From a virus (Duplodnaviria; Caudoviricetes): a stretch of DNA of 56,663 nt. Where the stretch lies: the IMG/VR virus record IMGVR_UViG_3300036792_000179, positions 1-56,663 of that record; one strand, 5' to 3'. The notes under the pieces are model-generated. The model was not told the origin of the DNA. It saw nothing but the letters and a program-made list of their open reading frames with translations, and ran no database searches. Of the stretch, positions 23,963 through 33,648 are shown piece by piece. The position numbers and the translations under genes were made by a program. Each line of letters starts with the position of its first letter. The stretch's first letter is position 1.

Positions 23963-25457
23963 CTGGGTTCCCCCATCTGTCGCCTCGACCGGCGAGGAAG
24001 CCATCGAGCTGGCCCGGATGACAGGCCTTGAACTCGACCCCTGGCAAGAGCTTGTTCTCGCCGGATCGCTTGGCGAAAAAGCGGACGGCAAATGGGCGGC
24101 ACGCGAGGTTGGCTGCGTAGTCCCGCGTCAGAATGGCAAGAACTCAATTCTTGAGGCCCGCGAGCTCGCAGGTCTGTTCCTCCTCGGTGAGCGGCTGATA
24201 ATCCACTCGGCCCACCAGTTCGATACCTCAGTCGAGCAGTTCCGCAGGCTGCTCTTCTTGGTCGAAGAGGACTCGCAGTTCAAGAAGCGCGTGGCGAAAA
24301 TCTCCCGAGCGCACGGCGCGGAGGGGATCACGCTCAAGAACGGCCAGCGGATCACCTTCCGCACCCGGACGCGTGGTGGTGGACGCGGATTCTCCTGCGA
24401 CTGCTTGGTGCTCGACGAGGCGATGATCCTGCCCGAGTCTGCGCACGGCGCTTTGATGCCGACGCTCTCCGCTCGGCCCAACCCGCAGATTTGGTACACG
24501 GGCTCAGCCGTCGACCAGGAGATCCACGAAGACGGCATCGTGTTTGCTCGTGTTCGTGAGCGCGGAACCGCAGGGAACGACCCCGGCTTGGCCTACTTCG
24601 AGTGGTCAGTCGAGGGCGATAGCCCCGAGGAAGTCGGCAAGGAACGTGCGACCGACCCAGAGGCGTGGGCTGAAGCGAACCCCGGCTTGGGCATTCGGAT
24701 CTCAGCCGAGCACGTCGCGCTCGAGCAACGCTCGATGGACCCACGCACCTTCGCCGTCGAGCGTCTTGGAGTCGGCGACTGGCCGCAGACCGATGGCTTC
24801 GCCAAGAAGAAGATCCACCCGGAGGCCTGGGCGGGACTGACCGACTCAGACTCACGTCCCAAAGACCCAGTCTGCTTCTGCCTGGATGTCTCGCCCGACA
24901 GGGCTTGGGCGAGCATCGGTGTCGCCGGCAGACGCTCGGATGGTCTGGCGCACCTGGAGACAATCGACCGTGGAAGCCTGCGTGGTACGGGCTGGGTCGT
25001 TGAGCGTTGCGTCGAGCTGACCAAAAAGCACCGCAACGTAGGACTGGCCCTCGCCGCGAACGGTCCTGTCGCCTCGCTGCTCCCTGATTTGCAGAAGGCC
25101 GGTCTGACGCTTCAGACCGAGCCCGGCCGAGGAACGATCATCCTCGTCAACTCAGCAGAGGAAGCTCAAGCCTGCGGAGGCCTCTACGACGCGGTCGATC
25201 AGTCACTGCTTAGGCACCTGGGCACACCAGACCTACAAGCTGCCATCGCCGGAGCGGTAGCAAGACCACTCGGCGACCGCTGGGCGTGGAACCGCAAGGA
25301 CTCAACGATCGACATCTCACCTTTGGTTGCGGTCACGCTGGCTTTGTGGGGACTTCAGACGTTCGCCAAGCCCGGCAAAGCACAGGTCGTAGACCTAAAC
25401 GAGTTGGTCAATGAAATGCGAGAGGACGGAGAGGATCTGTCTGATCCCTTCGCGTGA
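23886..25457 (+). CDS. terL: Terminase large subunit (exact start uncertain)
   Basis: LDPWQ, VPRQNGKN (Walker A), LVLDEA (Walker B), ANPGLG, LDVSPDR, DISPLVA. Confidence 0.96.
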   Translation: MPTASTISRSSENGDELSGQQQPRVSWVPPSVASTGEEAIELARMTGLELDPWQELVLAGSLGEKADGKWAAREVGCVVPRQNGKNSILEARELAGLFLLGERLIIHSAHQFDTSVEQFRRLLFLVEEDSQFKKRVAKISRAHGAEGITLKNGQRITFRTRTRGGGRGFSCDCLVLDEAMILPESAHGALMPTLSARPNPQIWYTGSAVDQEIHEDGIVFARVRERGTAGNDPGLAYFEWSVEGDSPEEVGKERATDPEAWAEANPGLGIRISAEHVALEQRSMDPRTFAVERLGVGDWPQTDGFAKKKIHPEAWAGLTDSDSRPKDPVCFCLDVSPDRAWASIGVAGRRSDGLAHLETIDRGSLRGTGWVVERCVELTKKHRNVGLALAANGPVASLLPDLQKAGLTLQTEPGRGTIILVNSAEEAQACGGLYDAVDQSLLRHLGTPDLQAAIAGAVARPLGDRWAWNRKDSTIDISPLVAVTLALWGLQTFAKPGKAQVVDLNELVNEMREDGEDLSDPFA

Positions 25458-25468
25458 GGAGGAGCGAC

Positions 25469-25621
25469 ATGAAAACGATCATTCGACGGCTCAGGAAGCA
25501 TTTCCAGCAGCAGTACTTTGACGCCGACGCTACGCCCAAGGGCGTCCTCGTCACAGACGGGACTTTGTCACCGGCTGAATGGGCAGACATAAAGCGACAG
25601 TGGCTGGCGAGGTATCGGTGA
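25469..25621 (+). CDS. 50-aa portal-fragment-like microprotein
   Basis: RBS GAGGAGGAG; YFDADATPKGVLVTDGTLSPAEWADIKRQWLA versus portal YFRNSANPQGVIEVPGELDPTEAKKMARSWLA. Confidence 0.7.
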   Translation: MKTIIRRLRKHFQQQYFDADATPKGVLVTDGTLSPAEWADIKRQWLARYR

Positions 25622-25788
25622 GTACTTTGCCATCTGGCCGAGAGTATGAGCAGAAGGCGCTGGCCGCAGTAGAAGAGGGAACGATCAACTGCGAACAGTG
25701 GGCGCGTGACTTCGTCCTCAGCGAAGCGCGCGGCGCCATTCAACGCGCTTCTGATCGCGCATTCTTTACGACGCTCGCTCGCAAGTGA
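25618..25788 (+). CDS. Small hypothetical protein
   Basis: GTGA coupling at both ends. Confidence 0.5.
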   Translation: MSTLPSGREYEQKALAAVEEGTINCEQWARDFVLSEARGAIQRASDRAFFTTLARK

Positions 25789-26006
25789 GCACCACCCTAG
25801 AGCTAGTCGGCTTCACCGCGATCACAGCGGCTGCCTACGAATGGTCCGGCCGACCGCTCGCTTTCTTCGTTAGCGGCTGTCTACTTTGGTTCATTGCTCA
25901 GGGCACGGAGGGCATAAAGCCTGTGAAGGACACGCGAGCGGCTGCGTTGCGCCTGTTCGCTCGACGGAAGGCCAAACGCGCGGCAAGGGCCTCCGCAAAG
26001 CAATAG
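25785..26006 (+). CDS. Small membrane protein upstream of portal
   Basis: Two hydrophobic segments; typical position. Confidence 0.7.
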   Translation: MSTTLELVGFTAITAAAYEWSGRPLAFFVSGCLLWFIAQGTEGIKPVKDTRAAALRLFARRKAKRAARASAKQ

Positions 26007-26018
26007 CGGAGGTGCTGC

Positions 26019-27302
26019 ATGTCTTTGACGCGACGGGCGCTCGCAGGGCTTGAGAGCCGATCGGCCGGCGAATGGGGAAACTCCGTTCCGCCGACCAACG
26101 CGGAAGCTGGCGGCTTCGCTTCGGCTGCGGGTATCCCCGTCAGTCAGGAATCGGCGCTCCAGATTGCGGCGGTCTATGGTTGCGTCGGGCTGCTGTCGAG
26201 TTCGGTGGCCACACTGCCGTTGCGCTTGATGGACAACAAGGTCATCAAGAACGCGAACGAGCTGTCCGACTCACCGCTCATCACCGAACCGTACTCGGAG
26301 ATCAGCCTCCTCGATTGGGTGGTGCAGTTCGTCGCCTCACTTGCGTTGAGGGGCGAGTATTTCGGCCAGATCATCAGTCGCGACAAGAAGCTCTTTGCGA
26401 CGCAGATCAAGCCAATCCCCGCTGACAACGCCTCAGTCAGACGCACGACTGGCGGGACGCTCGAATACAAGTTCTTCAACAAGACGGTCCCGATCAAAGA
26501 TGTCTTCCACGTCAGGATGCTGTCCCTCCCGGGGATGCTCAGGGGAGTCAACCCGATCGAGTACCTGCGGCTCACGCTTGGACTCTCGCTAGCGCAAACC
26601 GGCTACGGCGCAAGCTACTTCCGTAACTCCGCCAACCCGCAAGGCGTCATCGAAGTTCCCGGCGAACTGGACCCCACCGAGGCCAAGAAGATGGCCCGCT
26701 CATGGTTGGCGGCTCATCAAGGAATCAACCAGGCCAACCTACCGGCGGTTCTGACCGACGGCTCCAAATTCAATCCCATCACGATCACGCCAGAGGACTC
26801 GCAGTTCCTTGAGAGCCGGGGCTTCTCGGCCGGTGAGATTAGCGGCATGATCTATCGCGTCCCGCCGCACATGATCGGGTTGGTTGACCGCTCAACGTCT
26901 TGGGGCACGGGCGTTGAGCAGCAGGAGATGGGTTACACCCGCAACACTTTGCAGGACTACATCGGTCGCTTGCAGTCATCGCTAACCGCGCTGCATCCTC
27001 CCGGGCAGTACGTGAACTTGGACCTCACCCAGCGGCTTCGTGGCGACACACTCCAGCGGGCCCAGGCTTCTTCGTTTGCCGTGCTTGGCGGGTTCTGGAC
27101 GCCGAATGAGGCACGTGCTCACTTCGACATGCCCTCGCGTCCCGACGGCGACGAACTCAACTCGCCGATCAATACCGAGCTACTGCGTGCCGCACTGGCG
27201 CAGGCCGAACAGCTCGAAAAGGAAGCCAAGCTGCCGGCCCAATCTCCCGCGTCGTCCAACGGCCAAGGCGACCCGGACCTCATCGCCGCACCTGCCCACT
27301 AA
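26019..27302 (+). CDS. HK97-family portal protein
   Basis: ALQIAAVYGCV.LLS.SVATLPL, LRGEYF, YFRNSANPQG, PEDSQFLESR, VPPHMIG, TPNEAR. Confidence 0.96.
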   Translation: MSLTRRALAGLESRSAGEWGNSVPPTNAEAGGFASAAGIPVSQESALQIAAVYGCVGLLSSSVATLPLRLMDNKVIKNANELSDSPLITEPYSEISLLDWVVQFVASLALRGEYFGQIISRDKKLFATQIKPIPADNASVRRTTGGTLEYKFFNKTVPIKDVFHVRMLSLPGMLRGVNPIEYLRLTLGLSLAQTGYGASYFRNSANPQGVIEVPGELDPTEAKKMARSWLAAHQGINQANLPAVLTDGSKFNPITITPEDSQFLESRGFSAGEISGMIYRVPPHMIGLVDRSTSWGTGVEQQEMGYTRNTLQDYIGRLQSSLTALHPPGQYVNLDLTQRLRGDTLQRAQASSFAVLGGFWTPNEARAHFDMPSRPDGDELNSPINTELLRAALAQAEQLEKEAKLPAQSPASSNGQGDPDLIAAPAH

Positions 27303-27314
27303 AGGAGGCAGCGT

Positions 27315-28619
27315 ATGCCCGCAGTTGACCAGATGGGGCGCGTGCCCAGCTCAGAGTGCTCGATCCGTAGAGAGATAGGAGAACTCGCTCGCGGGGACGG
27401 TAGCCATGACAAGGCCCGCAGGGATCTAATCGTCAGGGCCGTCGAGTCCAAACAGCCCGGCATGATTCCCGACAATTGGGCTCATGATGGCTCTCTGAGG
27501 GAGACGACGGGCGCCTGGTCGAGCGAGGAGGAACGCAGCACCTACAAAGACCTCCGCCAAGCGCTCGAATCGGCTATCAGCGACAAGCTCAACGACGGCG
27601 CCAGCGACGAGGACTACTGCTACGTCTGGGTCGCGGACTTCACCGATGAGTGGGTCGTCTACGAATACAAGGGCGACCTGTTTCAGTGCGACTACAGCGA
27701 AGCCGAGGACACGATCGTGCTCGCGGATCCGGTCAAAGTCCGCACTGTCACGAACTACGTCGAGACGAACGCTAAGAAGACGCGTACGGCAGCTTGGTCA
27801 GCGCGCGAAAGCCGGAAGGCCAAAGCGGAGCTGAGGGAGAAGACCTACGAGCGTCGCCATTGCACGCCGGGTCTTCAGGTGCGCGAAGCCCAGGACGGGA
27901 ACCTACTTGCGATCGGCTGTGCTAGCACGACCGAACACGCCTACGAGGTGTTGGACTGGAGTGAGACAATCGTGCGTGGGGCGTTCAAGCGCACCCTGGC
28001 GGCAAATCCCGACGTGGTCTATCTGGCGAACCACGAAGGCATGACGCTGGCCCGTACGACGACGGAAAGCCTCGACCTCGAAGAGGACATGCGCGGGCTC
28101 CAGTATCAGGCTCGCCTGCAATCACACGATCCCGACGTTCTGGCCCTTCGCCCCAAGCTCGAACGCGGCGACATGAACGAAAGCTCCTTCGCCTTCCGTG
28201 TGAATGAGCAGGAATGGGACGCCGACTACCGCAACCGCAGCATCCTCGAGGTCAACCTGCACAAGGGCGATGTCTCGGTAGTCAACTTCGGTGCAAACGA
28301 CACGACCTCAGCCGGGATGCGTGCCCTGCGAGGAGTCGGATTCGAGCACTTGTCCGGGGCGCTTCAGGAGCTTCGCGCGGGCAAAGCGCTTTCAGGCAGC
28401 AACGAACAGACGCTTGCCCGTGTGCTGGAGCTCGTCGCCGAAGCGGATGAATCGGTGGATGAGGCACAGCCACTTCTCGCACAGGTGCTCGGAGTCGCTA
28501 ATCCCGAGGATGAGGATGAGGACAGCACGCCCACCCGGAGCGCCGCAATGCTCACGGACGCAGCACTGGAACTGGACGCCGATGAACTGATGCTCGAACA
28601 GCTGCGCGGTGCACGATGA
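27315..28619 (+). CDS. HK97-type prohead protease with N-terminal extension
   Basis: ETIVRGAFKRTL...YLANHEG...LART...SSFAFRV...DVSVVNFGAN. Confidence 0.92.
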   Translation: MPAVDQMGRVPSSECSIRREIGELARGDGSHDKARRDLIVRAVESKQPGMIPDNWAHDGSLRETTGAWSSEEERSTYKDLRQALESAISDKLNDGASDEDYCYVWVADFTDEWVVYEYKGDLFQCDYSEAEDTIVLADPVKVRTVTNYVETNAKKTRTAAWSARESRKAKAELREKTYERRHCTPGLQVREAQDGNLLAIGCASTTEHAYEVLDWSETIVRGAFKRTLAANPDVVYLANHEGMTLARTTTESLDLEEDMRGLQYQARLQSHDPDVLALRPKLERGDMNESSFAFRVNEQEWDADYRNRSILEVNLHKGDVSVVNFGANDTTSAGMRALRGVGFEHLSGALQELRAGKALSGSNEQTLARVLELVAEADESVDEAQPLLAQVLGVANPEDEDEDSTPTRSAAMLTDAALELDADELMLEQLRGAR

Positions 28620-29884
28620 CCCCGACCATCGAGGCGCGCATTGACGAGCAGATGCCGGAGCAGCGCATAGCAGCGCTTGAGACCGAGCTGCGAGAAGTCC
28701 GCACCGGCCGGGTAGAGATCGTCCGCGAGCCACTGGTCTACGAACGCCATGACGGTCACAAGCCAAAGGGGGAGCGCCACTCCTACTTCGCCGACCGTGC
28801 GATGGCCGAGATCAACGGTGACGAGCGTGCAATGCAAAGGCTCCAGCGCCACGCCGCGCAGATGGACGTGGAGCTACCGCGACTACAGCGCAAGCAGGCT
28901 CCGCCGGACGTTGAAATGCGTGTCAACCCTAACCGGGTCGATGGCCAGGGCGGTTATTTCGCACCGCCGCTGTGGGCAAACGAATACTTCGCCACCGCGC
29001 CGAGGCCCAAGCGCGTACTCGCGCACATGATCCCGAACTTCGATCTGCCGCCGGGGGTTGCCGAAGTCAAGCTCCCACGCATCATCTCGGGCAACCGGGC
29101 CGATGACAAAGTCGACGGCGTCCCGAACGCCGGCAAAGACTTCACGGATGGTGTCGTGGAAGCGCCCGCGATGACCGTCGCGGGACAGTCAGATGTCTCA
29201 CTCCAGGACCTGGAGCAGTCGCCACACTCGGCAGCCCTGGACTTCGTGCTCCTCAAGGATCTGTTGGAGTCCTACGACTTCCATGTCGAGGAAAACCTGT
29301 TCGTCGGAGAATCTGTCGGCAAACAGGAATTCGTCGGGATGCTCGACCTCTCGACAGGTGCTGGTGGTGTGAGCAAGGTCGAATACACCTCCGGCTCACC
29401 CACTGCTGTGGCGATGTACCTTGCGCTCGGCAAGGTCACCGCTCAACTCGGCGACGCCCGCAAAATCCAGCCGCAGGTCGTTCTCATGCGCACCGCCCGC
29501 TGGTCGTGGATCGGATCGGGTGAGGACAAAGAAGAACTGCCGCTGGCCGTGCCGGCGCACACTCCGCCCCCAGCAATCCCTTACCTCTTCGACGACAACG
29601 TGCCGACGCCGGTCTCGGCATACCTCGGCTGGCCGATCTACCTCTCGGACGCGATCCCGGCGAAACTCGGCGCTGGAGAAAACCAGGACGCGATCGTGGC
29701 TTGTCGGCCCTCGGACTCGATGTTGTTCGAGTCTCCGAAGCGCACGAGCGTCAAAAAGGAGGTGCTGAGTGGGACCCTCCAAGCGCGGATTGAGCTTCAC
29801 GCCTACGCGGCTGCTCTCTTTCGTTACCCGACGGGGATAGCGACGCTGACCGGCACCGGCCTGATCGTCCAGGAAGGCTATTAG
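28616..29884 (+). CDS. HK97-fold major capsid protein paralog 1
   Basis: RVNPNRVDGQGGYFAPPLW, VAGQSDVSLQ, EVLSGTLQARI. Confidence 0.88.
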   Translation: MTPTIEARIDEQMPEQRIAALETELREVRTGRVEIVREPLVYERHDGHKPKGERHSYFADRAMAEINGDERAMQRLQRHAAQMDVELPRLQRKQAPPDVEMRVNPNRVDGQGGYFAPPLWANEYFATAPRPKRVLAHMIPNFDLPPGVAEVKLPRIISGNRADDKVDGVPNAGKDFTDGVVEAPAMTVAGQSDVSLQDLEQSPHSAALDFVLLKDLLESYDFHVEENLFVGESVGKQEFVGMLDLSTGAGGVSKVEYTSGSPTAVAMYLALGKVTAQLGDARKIQPQVVLMRTARWSWIGSGEDKEELPLAVPAHTPPPAIPYLFDDNVPTPVSAYLGWPIYLSDAIPAKLGAGENQDAIVACRPSDSMLFESPKRTSVKKEVLSGTLQARIELHAYAAALFRYPTGIATLTGTGLIVQEGY

Positions 29885-29886
29885 CG

Positions 29887-30183
29887 ATGGCTGATTCCTC
29901 AAACCGCACCGACGACCAGGCCACGAGCAGCCCCGGCGGAGTCGAAGTCAACAAAGCGAGCATCGAAGTCCTGCCCGATAACCCGGAACGGCTCGGCTCC
30001 TACTGGAGCACTTCTTCGACAGCGACCTTCTCACTCGGACTTGGCGAGGCTGCGGTCGTAGGGCAGGGCATAGTCGTCAGTGCGACGTGTCCATGGAACG
30101 GCCTTATCGGCACGGTCGTCTGGAGCGGTTCGGTGTTCGCAATCGCCTCGGAAAAAGCCGAGCTTGCAGTCGTAGAGCTTTAG
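29887..30183 (+). CDS. Hypothetical protein between the capsid paralogs
   Basis: ORF in the structural operon. Confidence 0.6.
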   Translation: MADSSNRTDDQATSSPGGVEVNKASIEVLPDNPERLGSYWSTSSTATFSLGLGEAAVVGQGIVVSATCPWNGLIGTVVWSGSVFAIASEKAELAVVEL

Positions 30184-30194
30184 CGCAGCACCCC

Positions 30195-30272
30195 ACGTTG
30201 GACCCCGTCCTTAGACGTTGGACCCCCTCCTGAACGGAGCGGGCACCGCCTCTCTGTGGCCGGGCACCGCCT
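30195..30272 (+). repeat. Two pairs of direct repeats in the capsid leader
   Basis: ACGTTGGACCCC(G/C)TCCT x2 (30195, 30215); CGGGCACCGCCT x2 (30240, 30261). Confidence 0.85.
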
Positions 30273-30310
30273 GGAGCAATCAGTAACCCACTCCCTAAAA
30301 GGAGGCTCCC

Positions 30311-32011
30311 ATGGCGGAGACCGCAACCATAGAGACTGAGACGGAGGAGCGCTCGATCCTTGAGCAGCTTCAGGAGCGGCGCTCGACGCTGCTCAAAGAG
30401 ATGGCGGATGCCATCGAGGCACGCAAGAAGGAGCGCTCGGAGTTCGAGGGTCGCGCCGCTGAGGCGATCACCGACGAGGACCGCTCCAGTTACGAGACCG
30501 CTGGTGCCGCATACGTAGCGCAGCGCGACCAGCGCAAGGCGGAGATCGCCGAGCTCGATCAGCGCATCGACGAGGAGGAGTTGCTGGAACGTCGCAAAAA
30601 CGACGCCCAGAAGGCCTCCATCGCCGATGTGCGCGTTGAAATCACCCACGAGGAGAAAACCTACGAGCGCGGCAACGGCCGCTCCTACTACCGCGACATG
30701 GCGGTCACGCATCTCCCCGGTGCTCGGGCGGAGCTGGGTGGCGAATCTGAGGCGCTTGAGCGTCTACAGAAACACGCGGCGGAGGTTCGTGTTGAGCTGC
30801 CGAAGATCGAGCAGCGCTACGAAGAGCGTCACGCGATGGGGGAGGTGGACCGGGCCGAGCGCTCGATTCGTCGCGAGCTATCGGGGCCACTCGGCATCCA
30901 CGCGCGAGGCATCGAAGGAAACCCCTTCACCTCCTCGCCGGTTGAAAAACGAGTCAACCCCAACCGCCTCGACGGTCAGGGTGGGTTCTTCGTTCCGCCG
31001 CTGTGGCTGCCCGAGTTCATCAAGGCCCTTCGCGCGGGTCGTCCGACGGCAGACCTCTGCCGCCAGATGCCGCTTCCGCAGGGCACGGACTCGATCAACA
31101 TGCCGAAGATCAAGACGCCGACGGAAGTCGCGGCACAGACGGCGGACTCTGCACCAGTTGCCGAACGAGACTGGACGGACGAAGCGGTCACCTCGAACGT
31201 CAAGACGCTGGCAGGCCAGTCCGACGTCGCGATTCAGCTCTTGGAGCAGTCGCCATACCACCTCGACGAGGTCATCACCGAAGACCTGATCGCTGACCTG
31301 AACCGCAAGGTCGACCGGGAAGTGATCGCGGCCCCGGGGACGAACACGGCAGCGCTGAATGCCGGCCTGATCCAGGGCCTCTATCCGGCCAAAAACTGGA
31401 ACGCCAACACGGTGAACTGGGAAGAAGCGGCTCCGGACGCCAAGGCGTTCAACATGGCGATGGGCGCGGGAATCGCCCAGATCGCCGCGTCGCGTTTCAG
31501 CGTGCAGAACGTGCACGTCGTCACGCACCCACGTCGCTGGTACTGGATGTCCACACAGTTGGATGGCCTGGAAGGCAAGGCTGGACGTCCGATCGTCAAC
31601 GCCGAGGGCTTCGGTCCGTTCAACCTCTCGGCTCTGGTCGATGGCGGGGAAGAGCCCGCCGAGGGTCTTGTCGGGCAGCTACCTTATGGCCCGCACGGCG
31701 TCTACGTGGATGCGAACATCCCGACGAAAGACACAGCCGGCGTTCCCGGTGCAGGCACGGCGGATGTTGCGATCATCGGCAAGTTCGACGACGCATGGCT
31801 GTTCGAGGGCGCGCTGAGGACTCGGGCGCTCTCGGAGGTGCTTTCGGGAACCCTGGAGATTCGCTTCCAGGCCTTCGAGTACTACGCCTTCCTGGTCCGC
31901 TACGGGCAGTCGCTGGCGATCGTCTCGGGCACGGGCTTCGCGCCCCCGGTCGGTACGGGCATCGGCACGTCGATCAAATACACCTCCTCGGTGTACGCGC
32001 CGGAAGTCTAA
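30311..32011 (+). CDS. HK97-fold major capsid protein paralog 2 (with coiled-coil delta domain)
   Basis: Strong RBS; RVNPNRLDGQGGFFVPPLW, LAGQSDVAIQ, EVLSGTLEIRF. Confidence 0.93.
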   Translation: MAETATIETETEERSILEQLQERRSTLLKEMADAIEARKKERSEFEGRAAEAITDEDRSSYETAGAAYVAQRDQRKAEIAELDQRIDEEELLERRKNDAQKASIADVRVEITHEEKTYERGNGRSYYRDMAVTHLPGARAELGGESEALERLQKHAAEVRVELPKIEQRYEERHAMGEVDRAERSIRRELSGPLGIHARGIEGNPFTSSPVEKRVNPNRLDGQGGFFVPPLWLPEFIKALRAGRPTADLCRQMPLPQGTDSINMPKIKTPTEVAAQTADSAPVAERDWTDEAVTSNVKTLAGQSDVAIQLLEQSPYHLDEVITEDLIADLNRKVDREVIAAPGTNTAALNAGLIQGLYPAKNWNANTVNWEEAAPDAKAFNMAMGAGIAQIAASRFSVQNVHVVTHPRRWYWMSTQLDGLEGKAGRPIVNAEGFGPFNLSALVDGGEEPAEGLVGQLPYGPHGVYVDANIPTKDTAGVPGAGTADVAIIGKFDDAWLFEGALRTRALSEVLSGTLEIRFQAFEYYAFLVRYGQSLAIVSGTGFAPPVGTGIGTSIKYTSSVYAPEV

Positions 32012-32019
32012 GCGGCAAC

Positions 32020-32050
32020 GGCGGGGGGCTTCGGCCCTCCGCCTCCGTTC
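32020..32050 (+). terminator. Hairpin / partial terminator after the capsid gene
   Basis: GGCGGGGGGC-TTCG-GCCCTCCGCC with a weak U tract. Confidence 0.6.
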
Positions 32051-32153
32051 TCAGACCAAACCTCTCTGTAAGCCACATCAACGACGGCGGGAGCGCACGG
32101 CATCGAGTCCGTGTGGTGATCCCCCAAATCCTTCGCTCTGAAAGGGGCACAGA

Positions 32154-32777
32154 ATGACTGATCTCATGGGCGGTCGTTGGCCGCAATACAACCCTCTCGA
32201 CAAGATGTTCGGGTCGCTCTCCAGTGCGTCACAGGGGAACATCCCGGCCCGCAGCAATGCCTATTGGTTCGGCACGAGCACGCTTGTCGACCAAGCGACC
32301 GCTGCGACCAAAAAAGGCCTGTTCGTCGCGGTGCCCGTCGAATACGGCGACATCATCTCTCGCGTCTCGGTCCTGGTAGGAGCAACAGAAGGAGAAACGG
32401 GCGTCAAGTCCTTCGTAGCCCTCTACAGCGGCCCGCTGAAAGCCAAAGCGGAAGGCTTGCTGCTCGGTCAGAGCAAAGTCAAAGAAGTGGCGATCAAAAA
32501 ATCCAAACCGCTGACGGAATCGCTGGAATCGAGCGTGATGATCACGCCGACCAACGCGCCCTTCGGTTACGTCTACGCGGGTCTGATCGTGGAAGCCACG
32601 ACGATCAACACGGAGCTCGGCGTCGCAGTTCCGACGGCCGCCCAGTACGAATGGTTCCCCGGCGCCCCGGAAGCCTTCTCGGTTACGGGCACGCAGAAAG
32701 AAGCGGGCGTGGCGTCGGCGACGCTGAAAGTGGAAGGCGAAGCAAACGCCAAATGTCCGCTGGTCTTCCTGACCTAA
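32154..32777 (+). CDS. Virion structural protein (head decoration candidate)
   Basis: Position after the MCP; beta-rich. Confidence 0.6.
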   Translation: MTDLMGGRWPQYNPLDKMFGSLSSASQGNIPARSNAYWFGTSTLVDQATAATKKGLFVAVPVEYGDIISRVSVLVGATEGETGVKSFVALYSGPLKAKAEGLLLGQSKVKEVAIKKSKPLTESLESSVMITPTNAPFGYVYAGLIVEATTINTELGVAVPTAAQYEWFPGAPEAFSVTGTQKEAGVASATLKVEGEANAKCPLVFLT

Positions 32778-33028
32778 TGAACCACGCACGCGCAGAGATG
32801 TTCCGCGACGCTCGCACAAAGGCCGGGCGTCGCGGAGACCGCAACATGGTCCGGGCGATGGACGTCGAGCTATCCAGGATGGGCGCGCTCGAGACCCCAG
32901 AGGGGCCTGACACGCTGGAGCGCGCCGTACCGGAGTCGCCCAAGCGCGGCCGTAAGCCCAAGCCCCGCTGTGAGCACGGACAGATCGCGGAACGCTGCGT
33001 TGAGTGCAACCCTGAGCTGGCCGTGTGA
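32777..33028 (+). CDS. Small hypothetical protein
   Basis: TAATG coupling; CEHG...CVEC. Confidence 0.6.
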   Translation: MNHARAEMFRDARTKAGRRGDRNMVRAMDVELSRMGALETPEGPDTLERAVPESPKRGRKPKPRCEHGQIAERCVECNPELAV

Positions 33029-33273
33029 TGGATCTTCCCACGGGAGGACTCAGCATTCATCCGCTGCCTGAGGGCACTTCAGAGATTGGCGGAGCCCGGG
33101 TTAAGGTGCTGAAAGCGACATCGTCTGAGGCGCTGTCTGAGCTGATCGTGACCAAGGCGTGCGAGGTCCACGCCGATCAGGCCTACGTGACGGCCTTTCG
33201 TCAATACAGGCAACCTAATCCCCTCTACGGCGAGTTCTATTGCTATGCCGCCTTCTGCCGGAGGCCAGACTGA
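33025..33273 (+). CDS. Small hypothetical protein
   Basis: Coupled. Confidence 0.5.
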   Translation: MMDLPTGGLSIHPLPEGTSEIGGARVKVLKATSSEALSELIVTKACEVHADQAYVTAFRQYRQPNPLYGEFYCYAAFCRRPD

Positions 33274-33629
33274 TGCCGGGCAGCTTCACGATCACCGGTC
33301 TCTCAGCTACGGAGCCGGCCGGGGAACGACAGTTCGGACCACTCTCGATCCAAGGCTCAGCGGTCATCGGCGAGACGATTGAGGCTCCGCTGAAATCCGG
33401 CGACAACACGTTCTCTGTGCCTGAACAGGCAACGGCCTGTCTGATCATCCCTCCGCTGAACGGGTCGGCGGAACTAAAGCTTCGCACGAGCAAAAATCTG
33501 CTCGACGAAGGCGTGCCACTCTCGCAGGCCAACCCGACCGTCTACTCCTTCCCGGCCGCTCCGCTCACGTCGCTGGTGATCCATGCCAGCGTCGTGACGA
33601 GCGGTCCAATCACCATCGCGTTCATCTGA
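33273..33629 (+). CDS. Virion structural protein
   Basis: TGATG coupling; beta-rich. Confidence 0.6.
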   Translation: MPGSFTITGLSATEPAGERQFGPLSIQGSAVIGETIEAPLKSGDNTFSVPEQATACLIIPPLNGSAELKLRTSKNLLDEGVPLSQANPTVYSFPAAPLTSLVIHASVVTSGPITIAFI

Positions 33630-33648
33630 TCGCCTAAGGAGTCTGTCT

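Noticed and set aside
32083-32125. T-arm-like hairpin CACGG-CATCGAGT-CCGTG
   Set aside because: Isolated hairpin with no other tRNA arms; more likely an mRNA leader structure.
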